The position numbers and the translations under genes were made by a program. This document shows positions 28,539 through 29,349 of a DNA stretch of 29,349 nucleotides, one piece after another. The notes under the pieces are model-generated. The model worked only from the letters and a program-made list of their open reading frames with translations. It had not been told where the DNA came from and searched no databases. Each line of letters begins with the position of its first letter. Position 1 is the first letter of the stretch. This stretch comes from a virus (lineage: Duplodnaviria; Caudoviricetes): the IMG/VR virus record IMGVR_UViG_3300007276_000206, positions 1 to 29,349 of that record; one strand, written 5' to 3'.

Positions 28539-29349
28539 TTATATTTCACATGAACCAGCAGAACACGCTAATGTTTGCATTGACTCAGTGTTGTCATCGA
28601 CTTCATTCAACTCAGTCCAGTCCACATCTGGTGTAGGGTTAGCTTTCACCCATGCAACAAACTCATCACGAGTCATGTCTTGATATGGTGCTTGCTGATA
28701 CGTGTGATCGGTGTGTGGTAAAAAGCTGATACCTGATACTTCATCGAAGTGTTCATATACCCATGCACCCACTGCAACCCATTCTTCATCACGCACTGTG
28801 ATAGTCACCGATGGTTTATGTTAACACCATTCACGCTGATACAATAACCACAATTCAAGTGCTTCCATTGCTGATACTTGATCACGAGTCACCGATGACT
28901 CAGGTGCTTCAATGGCAAAGCTGACCACAGCAGTGCTGTCAGGACGCATGACATCATCTTCAGTATGGAAACCACGTTCCTTCATAAACTCATACAACGG
29001 GTCTTTCTTATCCACGCGAACAGTACGAATATACTGATGGTTATGACGTGCATGAATACCTGAAGCAGTGTTACACAGTTGGCTAACAGTACCAGATGGT
29101 TTGACACACGTGATAGCAGTTGAAGCATTCACACCAAGGTTAACAGACCATACTTCATTCACAGCACGAGCATGGTCACGTAGTTTGTGGAGTGTTTTAA
29201 CTAAGTTCTTCTTACACTTAGCGCCTGACATCAGCTTATTGTCCATGATACCGGTGAGACTCACACCCAACAAAGCTTCTTCAGCAGTGTTCTGTTCCCA
29301 CGCTTCAGATACGAAGTTGAAGTCAGTCAGTGTTGATTGCAGTGTCCCC
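28539..29349 (-). CDS. nrdJ: Class II (B12-dependent) ribonucleoside-triphosphate reductase, 3' part, with an in-frame TAA at 28821-28823
   Basis: GTLQSTLTDF...LLGVSLTGIMD...ITCVKPSGTVSQL...SGIHARH...WC*HKPSVTI...GISFLP...YQQAPYQ...LACSAGSCEI (C-terminal Cys pair). The two ORFs share a frame and the gene continues beyond the window. Confidence 0.92.

Noticed and set aside
15484-28823. Genome-wide TAA stop-codon reassignment
   Set aside because: The two internal TAAs need different residues (Tyr and Glu). TAA is also the normal stop of many genes here (capsid, portal, terS, tail adaptor), often in TAATG couplings.
1-29349. CRISPR array, integrase/att site, IS element, intein or self-splicing intron
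   Set aside because: No regularly spaced repeats or recombinase/transposase motifs were seen. TerL and the visible RNR part are of normal length without insertions.

Overview
A 29-kb segment of a tailed dsDNA phage with podovirus-type virion genes in the epsilon15/BPP-1-like arrangement. Almost all genes lie on the minus strand. In transcription order (right to left): the 3' part of a class II ribonucleotide reductase, a MazG-like pyrophosphohydrolase, small ORFs under sigma70-like promoters, one isolated plus-strand gene, and a non-coding repeat-rich region. Then come a degenerate HNH-AP2 protein, TerS, a CCA-ending hairpin plus an HNH remnant, TerL, portal, scaffold, major capsid, cement/staple proteins, tail adaptor and nozzle, and internal (ejected) virion proteins including a ~2,700-aa polyvalent protein. 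The window closes with a tail spike/fibre, a holin and the 5' end of a GH24 endolysin. Three genes are interrupted (in-frame TAA in the nozzle and RNR genes, one frameshift in the giant protein); sequence error or decay explains this better than recoding. Best candidates for new biology: (1) the giant ejected protein carries two ADP-ribosyltransferase-like modules, each bracketed by L-x-Q motifs, around an HExxH metallopeptidase; (2) a 73-nt armless tRNA-like hairpin ending in ACCA, with a GUC-centred loop, lies between terS and terL; (3) three neighbouring unrelated proteins share the C-terminal motif [DE]V[ST]F[LIF]; (4) a shared 17-bp palindromic operator sits in two promoters. All family assignments come from motif recognition by eye; no searches were run.
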